A stretch of DNA of 64,000 nucleotides, taken from assembly GCA_004022145.1 (NCBI GenBank), contig RCNU01000003.1. One strand, 5' to 3'. This document shows positions 11,237 to 22,737 of the stretch, piece after piece (within the stretch, counting starts at the first letter, position 1; each line of letters begins with the position of its first letter). Below the pieces are notes generated by a model, which was not told the origin of the DNA, did not search any database, and saw only the letters and a program-made list of their open reading frames with translations. Made by a program: the position numbers and the translations under genes. This stretch comes from Paecilomyces variotii. Its lineage: Eukaryota.

Positions 11237-14200
11237 TCAATCAACATCCTCGGTAGCCCCGTCGGATCCTGTTGAACCTTCCGATTCATCATCGTCAGGA
11301 TCTGGCATGACTATGCTGTTCAGATAAGTTACCTGTTCGAGATACCAGCGATCAGCAATAATCATCACAAACTGTGACTCCAAACTCCAGCAAGCTGCGG
11401 TGAGGGGTACTGTCGGCCAAGTGGCAAGACGCAAGCCAGCACGAAACGGTGACACGGTCAATCCCTGAAGAAGACCGTAGAACAACCGGTTGGGACCAAC
11501 GAGAGGCCTCTCAGCAACGGACATACCGCCCCAGACTGTGGGTATGGGCGGGAGATGAGAGGGCATGGGAAGGAGGGGTTAACTAGCTACAGTGACTAGC
11601 TGAGACGGCGTGCAATAATCATTCAACAGACCTGGGCCGGACACAGAGACATAGGGACCACCGGACGGCGTGGGACGACGGCTTTGGAAGACTTACAAAC
11701 GGGACCATGATTCCAATGAGCTCTGCGATCTTGTCCTGTGCGTTTGCATTCAAGAGCTCCGCGTCTGGTAGCGGCTTTCCTATGGTAAAGTTGCGCAGCC
11801 GCAACAGCTCGATGTTTTCGTGTTCTTGGTTGTAGCCCTGGGAGCCACGTCGAATAGAGTTTGTCAGTACCAAGCCCAGCCAGGAGCAGACTTCATAGCG
11901 TCGGGGTAGATGAACCGTGGACCTGGAAAAGAACGGCGTAACTCAACGCAATTTCAATGCATCTGACAGAGTTCCATGGGTAATCAAAAGCAGAATTCAC
12001 TGGGGAGTCTGGAAAGACATCCGCTGAGTTGCGGGAAGGGATCGGGCCAGCAGGGTCGGGGCGAGCGGGAAGCCTCCATCTGTAACTTCACCCGAAAAGA
12101 CGCCGTTTGCGGCTCGGTTGTCACCGCCAACAGGCTTAACTTTCGCCCACCTCACCCAGTGCAAGACGCTGACAAGTCTCTTCGATCATGGTGATGATGA
12201 TGATAATGATGACAATGATGATGCTGTTGAGGATGATAATGATGCAAGAGATTCGTGGGGATGCGGTCCTTCTCCATGACCCCTGACAGATCCTCAACCA
12301 CTGCGTCGGGGGCAGCTTGATGTGCTCTCTCAGCTTCTCATGAGGAAAGATGACATCCTCAGCTAACGAGACATACAGTCTGAGCTAACAAGGTTCCTGG
12401 AAAGGCTTGCAATACCCCAAGGAGCTGGGAAACGGGAGGCGCTCTCGTGACGGAGAGGCACGGAGAAGAACTGACATCGAACTGGCAGACTTGACCACTT
12501 CCCACATCAACCGGGAAGCGATGCCAAATCCGCGGATAACAAGATTGGAGATATCCTGAAGGGAGTGGACTGCGGTGCAGCAATTATACAATGGAGGGCA
12601 TTTGGTGGACGTACAGGGGCTGTGACAGTTGGTGATATCCCCTGGAACTCCTGCAAGGACGAGGGCGAAATTGGAACAGAATACTGACCTTCGGTTTGGT
12701 TTTTAGAGCGTTCTCGCGGTTTTGGCTGACAAAGGCCTTTACAGCTCTACTGTCGTCGTCTGAAATGCCATTAAAGAACTCCCGACGTATGCCGGCATCT
12801 CGCAACACCGTTTTTATGCGCTGCGGGTTTCGATCGATATCCTCGCGGAGGAGCGCGAGCCTGCTAGCTTCTGGCATCCACAGACCCGATCCTGGGAAAG
12901 AGAGAACGTAAATAGTCAGCCCTGCAGGAATCGTATTTCGGAAAAAAAGAAAGGAAAAAAGGAACTGTGCGCTGCTCTTCAGCAAGCGCTCTCTTCTGAC
13001 CGCCAGCCCTAGATACGTCACTGCGGCCTGACCGTCCCGCAGGACAGGAAACGGTTCGCGCCCCAAGCGACGCATATATGCAGCAGGATGGAGAAGCGGA
13101 AAGCAAGCGGAAGCCCATACTGTCGGGTCCAAGCTGGACGCTTGACCATTGTACGGGTCAGGAATAGATTGGGGTTTAAATGGTCCCACTTCATGAATTG
13201 AGTGGACACCGTTATAGACTACATACCGACAAAACAGGACCCAGGCTGCAGATGGACATAGTAGGCTGCGTAGGGCCCTTTCCTCCCGGTGCGAGACCTA
13301 TGGGCGATTTAGCTAACTTCATTAGCCGCGGTTTTCTAGGAGAACCACCCACCAGGCGGCTGAGAAATGAGTCTTCCTGCCTAGTCAGCCACGAGAATCT
13401 TATCAAATACATGGAAGCTGCAGCGCGAGGCGTACCGGCCTCCCGGGAATGAAGTGTAAACTAGACATACCTTATATGGTGTTGGATCGTTGCTGAACCT
13501 GATGTCGCGGTGAATGCGAAAGACCTGCGCGATCGTGCCCCATTAATATCCGCGGTGACCATTGTATCTGCCGCAGGGACTCCCTTACCAAGTCCTTGGC
13601 AGGCAATTCGGGTATTGTCTCGTCCTTTTCAATGACTTTTTCAGTGAGACTGTCGACGAACGAGTCCCAGTCCTTTTTTGCCGCACGATAGTCCGCATCA
13701 TGGGCTTTATGCACTCTAGCGTCAGATCATCCGTCGCGGACATATAATGGGATGCTCTTTATAACTACCTTTGAGCCATTGTCTCTCATTGTTCTCCTTC
13801 AGGTCTTGGAGAAACAACATGGTGTTGGGATGGATCGTCTGGTCCTGGTAAGGCGTGTTTCCCGGATCTCTGGCCTTGGGCTTTTTGATGAAGACTTGTT
13901 TGCCTGGCCCCAGTCCAGTGCGCACTCCTTCCCTCCACAGTTCCTTACCTTTGGTGGCGGCCAGAATTTCATCGTCTTCTTCTTGCTCATGAGTTTGCGC
14001 CTCAGGCTTTTTGCCTTTCGCGGATCCGCGCCTTGCCTGTCCTTTCTTGCTTTGCTTTGGAGCGTCGTCCTCCTCGTCGGGTGTCTCGGAATCCTGCTCT
14101 GAGGACGAAGACTCGACATTGTATGCGGAGCCCGATTCCTCCGGCGCAGAATCTGATTGTGACTCCGTTGCGGTCCCAGGCCGTTCGGAAACAGAATCCT

Positions 14201-14387
14201 GGAAATACTTGCTGGTCTTCGCAGTGGACCTGATGGGCCTTTCCCCGGCAGCAGGAGACCCAGCTTTCTGTCTCTTGGAACTCGACGCTGCGGCAGTAGT
14301 GTCGAGGGGCGCGGACGGGCGCCTCTTAGGCGTCGGCGCGGCAGCCGCAACTGACTGGGGCACCACCCGCGACGATCGACGAGGCAT
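11237..14387 (-). CDS. DUF2461 (TIGR02453-like) conserved hypothetical protein with a low-complexity charged N-terminal extension; 8 exons
   Basis: Exons approx. 14387-13769, ~13704-13589, 13524-13471, 13372-13353, 13297-13227, 12891-12689, 11837-11697, 11332-11237. They join in frame: FLQDLKENNERQWLK..HDADYR..VFRIHRDIRFSNDPTPYKTHFSAAWSRTGRKGPYAAYYVHLQPGSCFVGSGLWMP..LKTKPKGYNQEHENIELLRLRNF..VPFVTYLNSIV. FRIHRDIRFS..PYK and LKT.PKGY match my recollection of DUF2461. The intron 1 acceptor is uncertain by 9 nt. Confidence 0.88.
12186..12245. repeat. Imperfect (GAT/ATC)n microsatellite inside DUF2461 intron 6
   Basis: gatgatgatgataatgatgacaatgatgatg...gatgataatgatg. Confidence 0.85.
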
Positions 14388-15169
14388 GACAATGTTTTAA
14401 GATGCGTTGTGACGATCGACTGGGCTGGAAGCTTCGAAGCTACAGTATCCGTGATCGGACGGATAGCCAAATCCTATACAGTCGACTGCGGAGCGCAGCG
14501 TTATAAAGGCATGCGCCAAAACAAGGAAGCTTGACCACTGGACGGGATCCAGTGCGGGAGATGGACAAAGGGACCGCGGAGCGACCAGGGAACCGGTAAC
14601 TCATTAACTTACGGGGCGGGAGACCTTTTCGCGTGGCAGCCTCGAGTCCCTCTTTTCTGCTTGCGCCGGCGTCGACACCGTCAGGGAGCTTAACTAGCGC
14701 AATCTATATCCCGCCGTAGCTATCACGTCTGAAGAACGAAATCGGGTAATTCACTAGGCTTACTTCCGACGAGGGGATGTCCCAGCAGTAGCAGACCACC
14801 GCAGGAGAAGAAGTAACCAATTGCAGTCTGGAAGGGAAAGAATAGATATAGTAATCCTCTAGGTCTCTAATCCAAACATCAGATGAAAAGAACACGCCTT
14901 GACGCGCAGAATGAAGTTGGCGCGCTCTTTCGGGCGTAATGAAGTGATCGTTTAATGATTTAGTGGCCGCGCTTGAACCCTAACCAATCAGAACGCCGTC
15001 TTCCCCACAAAACCACATTTTTATCTCTATCGACCCCTCCAGCCAAAAATCCAGAAGCCCTTGGATTTGCGCTAATAATAACAATAACTACAGATCATTC
15101 TTATTACTATCACTATCATTATTATCACCATACATAATACAATAATAATATGATATGACATGAAATGAA

Positions 15170-16513
15170 ATGAACACTCACGCCACCCCCACCCTCCCTG
15201 GCGCCAGCCAACCTCTCCAGAATACAACTAAAATCCCCGCGAGTTTCGAGTCGCGCAAACGCAAAATCCTTGCGGAACTCTCCGTCCCAGATGCAGAGTA
15301 TACAGATCTCTCCCCCAAGGGCTCTGTCGATGAGGGGATCAGGGACCTCATTCGTAACATCAATGGCTTGTCAGGTCTGGTTACCACGAGCAGTTGTGCG
15401 GGTAGAGTGAGTGTGTTTCTGGAGGGGCGGAAGAAGAAAAAGGAAAAGCAGAAGAAAAACATTACTGCTGCTACTTCGAATATGAAGACCACTGATGATG
15501 AGGAGGAGGGAGATGAAGATGATACAGAGCGCCAATTTGCATCTACTGGAGGAAAAGGAGGCGGGCGATGGCTCTATGTCTCTCATGATCCGGTCAAAGT
15601 GACAGAGGCGGGAGATTCAGAGGAATCTCGATCGTTTCACGAGCTATTTGGAATGGCTCCTAGAGATGGAAATCTTACTTCTTCTTCTTCTACAGATCAG
15701 AAGAAGAAGAAGAGGGATGGGCTGCGTCTTGTTCATTTCCGTTTCGAACCTATGGTATGTTTTTTTTTCTTCTTCTTTGGTATAGTTCAGTTAGAAGATT
15801 ACTGCGTGGATTGGAAAAGAAATTGATAATTTGCTTTTTTTCCCTTGTTGTTTTGTATTTTCTTCACGTGGTTCTATCTCTACCCTGCATTTAGCACCAT
15901 GCAATAACCCAGTCTCGATATCGTCTCAACTTGAAAAAAAAATCAGCTATACTAACTACATCTCCAGATCCTCCACATCATGACCGCCACTCTCCATCAC
16001 GCACAACCCATCTTAACAGCCGCATTCAGCGCCGGGTTTCGTGAAAGCGGTCTCCAAAGCCTCCGCTGCCTGTCAGATGATATGGAAACAAGCCCTATCG
16101 TCGCGGTCCGATCATCAGGCTTATCTCTAGAATCTATCATCGGGTATTGTGACGACAGTAGCAGCAACGACGACTCCTCACCCATCATCCGTAGCCTTGT
16201 CACGGAAGAATACCTCCGCATGCTGGTCGAGATTGCGAATGAGCGGTTCAGCGTGAATACGGAGCGAGTAGAGCGGTTTCGGACGAAGTTGCTGGATTTA
16301 GGTTCTGTCTCGATGGGTGACAACTCGTTGTCGAAGGGAGGAAAAGGACGGGCAAAGCCTGCGGGGTGGGAAGATGAGGCGACGAGACGGGAGAGGAAGA
16401 GGGCTGAGGGCCTGGCCAGGCAGAAGGCGTTGTTGGAAGCAAGAGGTGTAGCACGAGGAAATGACGGTCTGGATCAAGCTGGTGATGAAGAAATCGCAAC
16501 TGTTTTCGAGTAG
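15170..16513 (+). CDS. TYW3: tRNA wybutosine-synthesizing protein 3 (tRNA-Phe methyltransferase)
   Basis: Exons 15170-15754 and 15968-16513 (intron gtatgt...ctaac...ccag). Motifs DLSPKGSVD, TTSSCAGR, FRFEPMILHI, GFRESG and IVAVRS are TYW3 hallmarks. Confidence 0.93.
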
Positions 16514-17362
16514 AAACATTTCCCGCTCACGAGAGAAGAATTGTATGTATAAGCGATGAGTAGATCTCCCAGCAGATATATATATTTTGCGTCGCACGGG
16601 GATACACCCCAGCATGATAGGATTTGGATGGAAAAGTGTTAGACCTCTTCCTCCCCGCGCGCTTTTAGTTTTTCTTGACTCTGAGCATCTGATCCGAAGT
16701 AAAGTAAAATCTCCTATAAACCAATTGTCCAGATCCCATCTACTATTACAACTGCTGCGAGAGAGAACTGAATAAAAGTCTCCCCTTGGAGGGGGAAAGG
16801 AAGTAAGAATAAAACAAATCTCCGCATCAGGTCATCCCGACTAGCGAGCGGCTCATTCCATTTTTTTCGCAATTAACTGCTTTCAAGTAAAGACAAACCA
16901 AGTGGTATCTTCTCACTTTTCATTTTCATTCCAAGTCATCACCCATGACCGTCACCGTCAACATTCACTCCCTTTTTTGGTATTTTGTTCCATAAAGAAA
17001 AGCTATTCAATCCAACCTTGCGATGTATGTACATACTTTTGTACATCTAGTAATCGTGAAAGGCGGAGATAGAGACGGTCAAAATGGTAGAAAGACAAAA
17101 CAAACAGCACACGTGAAACGAACCCAAGAGGAAAACGGGGGAAGGCGGCAGCCATGAAAAAATCGTTCTTCAACCACTTTCTGTTCCTGAAGAGGCAATA
17201 GAGAAATGATCACTAATCTACGCTACTGGAACCTAGAGAGACGAAAAGGTCCTGGCGGACACCTCCATATCATCTGATCTCCGATTTGATACTCGGATGA
17301 CTCCGGTTCAGGAACGGACCTGTTGCCTGGCTGGGAAAGTAGCAGTGAATTGAAATCGAGGT

Positions 17363-20290
17363 CTAGCCGGAGTATGGGCCCTGAATATGGCGAGGGTCCC
17401 GGTCCAGGGGGGCCAGTCTACCTTCCTCGTATTCGGTCTCGATAGGAGGTGGGAGACGAGCAGGAGATGACATGGTCAGATCCCCGCGGTGGGAGGCGAA
17501 TCCACTGGCTTCCAGAAACGCTGGGAAGTTGAACTCAGCACGAGTCTCGTTGTGGTGGTGACCACGGCGCTGGTTTAGAACCTCGCTGGGGCGACGAACG
17601 GAGCTGCCGCTGCTGCTGAGACTGGGGACCGCAGTCGGCTGCATCGGCTGACCGTTGACTATGATCGATCCTGATCCATCGGTAGAAGCGCGGCTGTTGT
17701 TTGAGCCTGCACGAAGTCCAGACAAAGAGTCAGGAGTGGAAGCCGGGTGGCCGCCGCTCCTGTCTTGCTCAGCCTTGGCCCAACCATTCAGGACCAGGTT
17801 GGTCAGGATGTTCATCTCGTGCTGAACGGCACTTTCCCATGACTTGCGCTTGGCAATATCCTTCTTCCACTCGAGCCAGAGGTGGCCGTAAGGGGATTCA
17901 AACGGGAAACCATTGGCAGGATAAGTGTTGGGCAGTTCCTCGGTACCTGGATCCTCCCGGAGGAGACCCTTGGAGATGAGGCGGGCATAGTACTAATAGT
18001 GAAGGATCAATGATCAGTTCAAAAGGCCTCAAGTGAAAGGAAAGTGACAATATACCATGAGGGTTGGCTCATCAAAGCCAGGCATCTTGACCAGCGTGTC
18101 AAAGGGGAAATATTTTCCGGAGTTGGGGAATCTAACGACATCACCGCAATGACCCGAATGGGCAGCAAGTGTGAATTTCATGCGTTCATTGAAAGCGGGA
18201 CAGTTCAGACCAGCAAAGAGAAGGTCCTGCACCAGTCTGTAGTCAAGACCCATAGTGCGGGATCGTCTGACTCTAGCCACCAACACCTTCAGTTGGCGAT
18301 GGCACGCATTGAACAGGGTGTTGCGGTCATCAACAGTGTAGAGCCCTGCAGTATACCATGGGAACTATAGCTGTGTGAGAATACATGTGTATGAAGCTAT
18401 TCTGGGAAACGCGCTCACCTTATAAAGAGTGCTAATCATGCACTCATAAGTGCGCTGAGGGCACTTTGATGCAAAAGGTGACTGATGATAAGATGGTTCA
18501 GCGCTATGCCTGACTACTGCCAGCATTCTATTGCAGCAATGAAGTGGCACTTACACGTTGGGGGGTCTCTGCATGACGAACCATGCCCACCATTTCCTCT
18601 CCAGTGAAGAAGCCCTGGAACCCAGTTGAATAGGGGTCGGTATTCGGCATGACTTGAGGGCTCCCACCCCTCCAAACAACGCACTTCGCACGGGGAAACA
18701 GCTCCTTAAGAAGGACATCTTGGCTGCTAATCTCGACATCGACGTGACGAGCACCCAGGCGGGGCGGACGGCCAAGCTCCTGCACACGATTGATACGAGT
18801 CACTGTGTCCTGCACGTCTTCAGGTGTCTCAAGCTCGACATAGCAGTCCATAGTCTTTGCAGTAGAACGTTCCATGATGATGTGGATAGCAGATCCTGGA
18901 TCTCCGCGCAAGATACGGGTCTGACGACCGAGAAACTGCATGATTTCCTGTTTGGTGATCCCGTAGGGAATCTGGGCTTCCAATCAGAAACATACTTTCC
19001 AAGACTTGACATAAGTGAATGAGAAGAGTCACTTACATTACCGATTTTCATAACACCTGCAGTAGGCGGTCCCTGAAAATGGACAAGACTGCCAATAGGC
19101 ATCTCAGTTGGAAACGCGACAGTGTCAACGCTAGCTGCGCTGGGAGGCGCGATGACAGTCAAGTTCTGATAAGGGAGTTCTGGAGCTTGCGTTTGCTCAA
19201 TGGCCTGAAGCACCTGAGTCTGCTGAGAAGGTGCCACAGATGAGATGAAGGACGCGGGGCTTTCCAAAATATTGTAAATATTCGGCTGAGGACTTGACGC
19301 AGGGCGAGTAGGGTGAGACAGGTGCAGGGAAGCCGGCATGAGACTCGCATGGAACTGCTGGTTCATGGGAACAGGTCCAACGGCAGAGGGAACGCAGAGA
19401 GTTCCATTGGCAGTAGGGTGAAGGTTCATACCCCATGGTCCCTGGATGTAACCATAAGGCGCCATGTGGTTTGGAGGCATGTAATGATGAGTAGGCACAG
19501 CGTACAAGTTCTGTGGGATCGAGTGCGGCAACGGATTTCCGTAAGAAGGCAATTGTGGTGCACGGGGAGGGGGAGGGGGAGGAGGAACTGGAGCTGGAGC
19601 TGCAGCAGCAGGACGTCCTGGGATGGTGAAGGGATCGTCTCTCAAGACAGACTGATCCATGCTGTATCCAGTCACTAACCGTCGAGAGGGGGAGCAGTAG
19701 AGATTGAACAGCTTTGTGAGAGAGGAAACGGTAGGGGACTCTGGTGCTGTAGGATCACTGGGAGTCTCTTTCACACGCGGATATCTCGTTGGGGTCTGCC
19801 AAAGCATTGAATCACTTCCAGTGTTGTTCGATACTGGACATGAACCAGTGAGCGTACCAACGGCATCTTCTCCGTTTTCATTAACATGCTCACCATGAAC
19901 AGTGACATCCCCCTTTCTTCTTTCAGAAGCGGACTCCCCAATAGCAAAGTCTTCGGGATATGGGCGGCTCTTGTCAACTACATCTGAGAAGCGTCTCCTA
20001 GATATTTCCGCATCGAATTTCCCAATTGTGATAGGGCTATCGATTCTTTGAAATGTGTACTCTTTCCCTGCTGTCTCAATCATAGCCGCACAGCATTCAG
20101 CACGAGTATAATGATAAGGAGATATGCCCAGCTCCGTACAAACAGTACGGCTGCACCGCAGGCCGGCAATGTGACTAGGGTGTCTGGTAGGCCTAGAACC
20201 GAGATAGTAGTCTCCTGGCTCGCTTGCCGTGTCGGACGGCATCGGCCGTGGCCTAGAGATCCAGTCTGCCTTGTCGGTCAGAGACTCCAT
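17363..20290 (-). CDS. Uncharacterised fungal RRM-like (quasi-RRM) domain protein with long Pro/Ser-rich N-terminus; multi-exon
   Basis: ORFs 20290-19037, ~18971-18554, a short exon SPFASKCPQRTYECMISTLYK, ~18365-18057 and ~17993-17363 join through GT-AG introns. Core VMKIGNIPYGITKQEIMQFL..IHIIMERSTAKTMDCYVEL..RLGARHVDVEIS has RRM-like beta-alpha-beta spacing. The start codon is uncertain; another intron lies just upstream (~20355-20420). Confidence 0.8.
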
Positions 20291-21582
20291 ATCAATCTAA
20301 AGACAGGTTGCTCCCGGCTCTAGGATTCCCTTCCTGACAACACCGAGACAATTCTGTAGGTTCGGACCACAGTGAGCCTAATATTAAGCATACAGCAGGA
20401 TCTTGGATCAGGAGACTTACAGCAGCGTGTCTTCAGCTCCAGTCGCAGACGACAGTGACTGTTCCACCAAAAGAGAGGCTAATACTCCTAGAAAGGGTGC
20501 AATGGAGATTCTTTCGTGGGAAGGAGAAAGTCTGTTGACGTGTAAAGTCTCATGAGAAGTCTGTTCCTTGAAGGTAACACGGATTTGCCTGAACGTAACG
20601 TTAGATATCTCGGCGTCACCCTACTATGACGCCTCATATATGAGTAAGCGATGTATAGTGAGAGGGTTCACGAATATGAGAGCATCTCCGAGCCAGTATC
20701 AGTTGTTAAGAATAGTTCTGTAAGCAACCCTTATCAAAAAGTGGCTTGATATAATCAAGCTTCCCCTTTGGAATAGGCGATGAGATATATGAACCAGAGA
20801 AGACAAATAAAGGATAATAACCATCAAAGACACAAATATGCAGAGAGCAGGAAAATGTATGTAAATGAGAATCTTAACAATGAGCAGTACTAGGCCATAA
20901 GGTTTCTCAAACAGCATAAAGCAGACATGAGCTATAAAGCACCGGTTGAAAGGAGATAGGAAATGACATATAGCAGTAGATTAGTATAGATGAAGTACAG
21001 ATAGACCAGAGTAATATAACATGTCTTCTTCAGAGTATAGATACAAAATATGCCCAAAGGCAGAATGACTATAACGGAAAAGGGTATCTGCCTTGCCACT
21101 ATGCATGTCCCATATTGACTCCTTTGGATACCGTACCCACAAGATGCTGTACGCAATAAAGCAGCTATTTGATGAGAGAACAGACGAATCTGGAACAGGA
21201 ATGGCAGTATGCTCAAAAGCTCACCTACTCACCAGAAAAGACATACAGGAAGGGATACGGATTGGCCATCGTCACGAGAAGGATGGGTACTGTCGGATCG
21301 TCAAGACTCGGGGTTGTGATATTTAAGGGATGAAAAAGGCTAATACGAAGATATAACGACTTGCTGATTCCTTCTCCAATCGGTAGGTGCCGCCTAATCT
21401 GGCCTATGAATGACTCGCCTAGGCAGGGCTCCGGTTACAGGATGGGGATTGATGCTAGAAGAAGCCGCACCTGCTGGAAACTTTATGCCAGCCTAAAACT
21501 GTACACGAATTGTGACTGAAATACATTGAAAGTCATGTATTATTCATTCGCCAGGAAATACGGACAAAGGCAAACCAGCGCC

Positions 21583-22338
21583 TTAGTCAAACTACAAGCG
21601 GCAAGTCAGTGGACATTTTATACCTTGAGCAACAGATAATACGTACCGGAGTCAAGAAAGATTCTGCTACGAAACGGGCACGCGCGTTCAGCTGTACATA
21701 GTCAGCGTCTAATGTATGGACATCGTCATCGGGCCTTTGGGCTCGCCAATGATAATTGGGTCGCGACATACGAAAAGTTTCATCTCTGAAATTTCCTTGT
21801 CCACCTCCTCCATGAACTGAATAATAAAGTCCACCAGCTTGTGCTTCAACATGGCTTCCGTGTGGAAGTTGGTGATCAGGAAGGAGATATCGTATCCCTG
21901 CAGCAAGTCAGTAACAGTGGCAATGCTTTGACCAATTATCAAACACACCTTGACCGGCTTCCGTCTCAAGATGAAAAATGACTCTGCGCGCTGCGTCAAG
22001 AATCGGGTAAACTTATGTACGAGGATATGTTCGATCTCGTCTGCCTGTTTTATTCGGATGCTAACTCGGACACTGTTGACACTAGGCTCGATGAGGACTT
22101 TCTCATTCTCATTACGGGCGACGGTAAGAGGATTCAGCAAAAGCTCTGGAGAGGTTGCAGCTTCGATTTCGGGCACATTGTGTCTTTCCGACGTCTGCGA
22201 TGCGAAGTTGGAAGCAGTGAGTGCGGCGGTCAGGGACGACCGGACACATTGAAGGTAGGGTCGCAGCGACTGAGACTAAGAATGGCTCAGTATTGATATA
22301 CTAGAAGCAGTGGTTGTCATTGCAATTTCACATACCAT
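21583..22338 (-). CDS. ARC19: Arp2/3 complex 20 kDa subunit (ARPC4/Arc19)
   Basis: ATG-only first exon (22338-22336, then gtatgt). Protein [117 protein letters not shown]. Confidence 0.97.
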
Positions 22339-22737
22339 GTCGAACAGCGCAGGAGAGGGGCCTTGTGTATTTCCAAGTCGATGTAGCTACCGTTGTTTTA
22401 AGTAGGCCAATACCACCGATGACGATTCCTTGACCCCTGGACTGGTTCTTCGAAAGTCTGAGAAGCGGATAGCAGCCTCGAAGAGCTCCAACCTTGCATG
22501 CAGGTATGAAGAACAGAGTTGCCCGATAAAAGCTTCAAAGACTGGTGCTCCAAGACACGTCGTCCTGGATGATGCTGTGTCCGCCGTGGATGTCGGGGAT
22601 GTTTGTGCTGTTTGCATTGGCTGCCCCACGATCTCGCCCAGGCTGCCGTAAGCTGCGGTGGCGCTTGTTTATGCCACCATCTTGCCCAAACCTCCGAAGG
22701 ATGAGCTCTTTGCCTTCTTTCAACTCCAAATTTCACC

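Noticed and set aside
13117-13227. [D1,2] stwintron reading of DUF2461 intron 5 (g|gtatgt...cag|tatggg)
   Set aside because: It would remove the G needed for the V-G-S codon junction and put the next exon out of frame with the conserved GSGLWMP sequence.
14974-14991. aaccctaacc as a possible telomerase RNA template (also 39739 and 3581 on the minus strand)
   Set aside because: Only ~1.5 repeats in short promoter regions (next to a CCAAT box at 14984, or upstream of RPS30). The 14974 and 39739 sites leave no room for a ~2-kb fungal TER, and no pseudoknot evidence was seen at any site.
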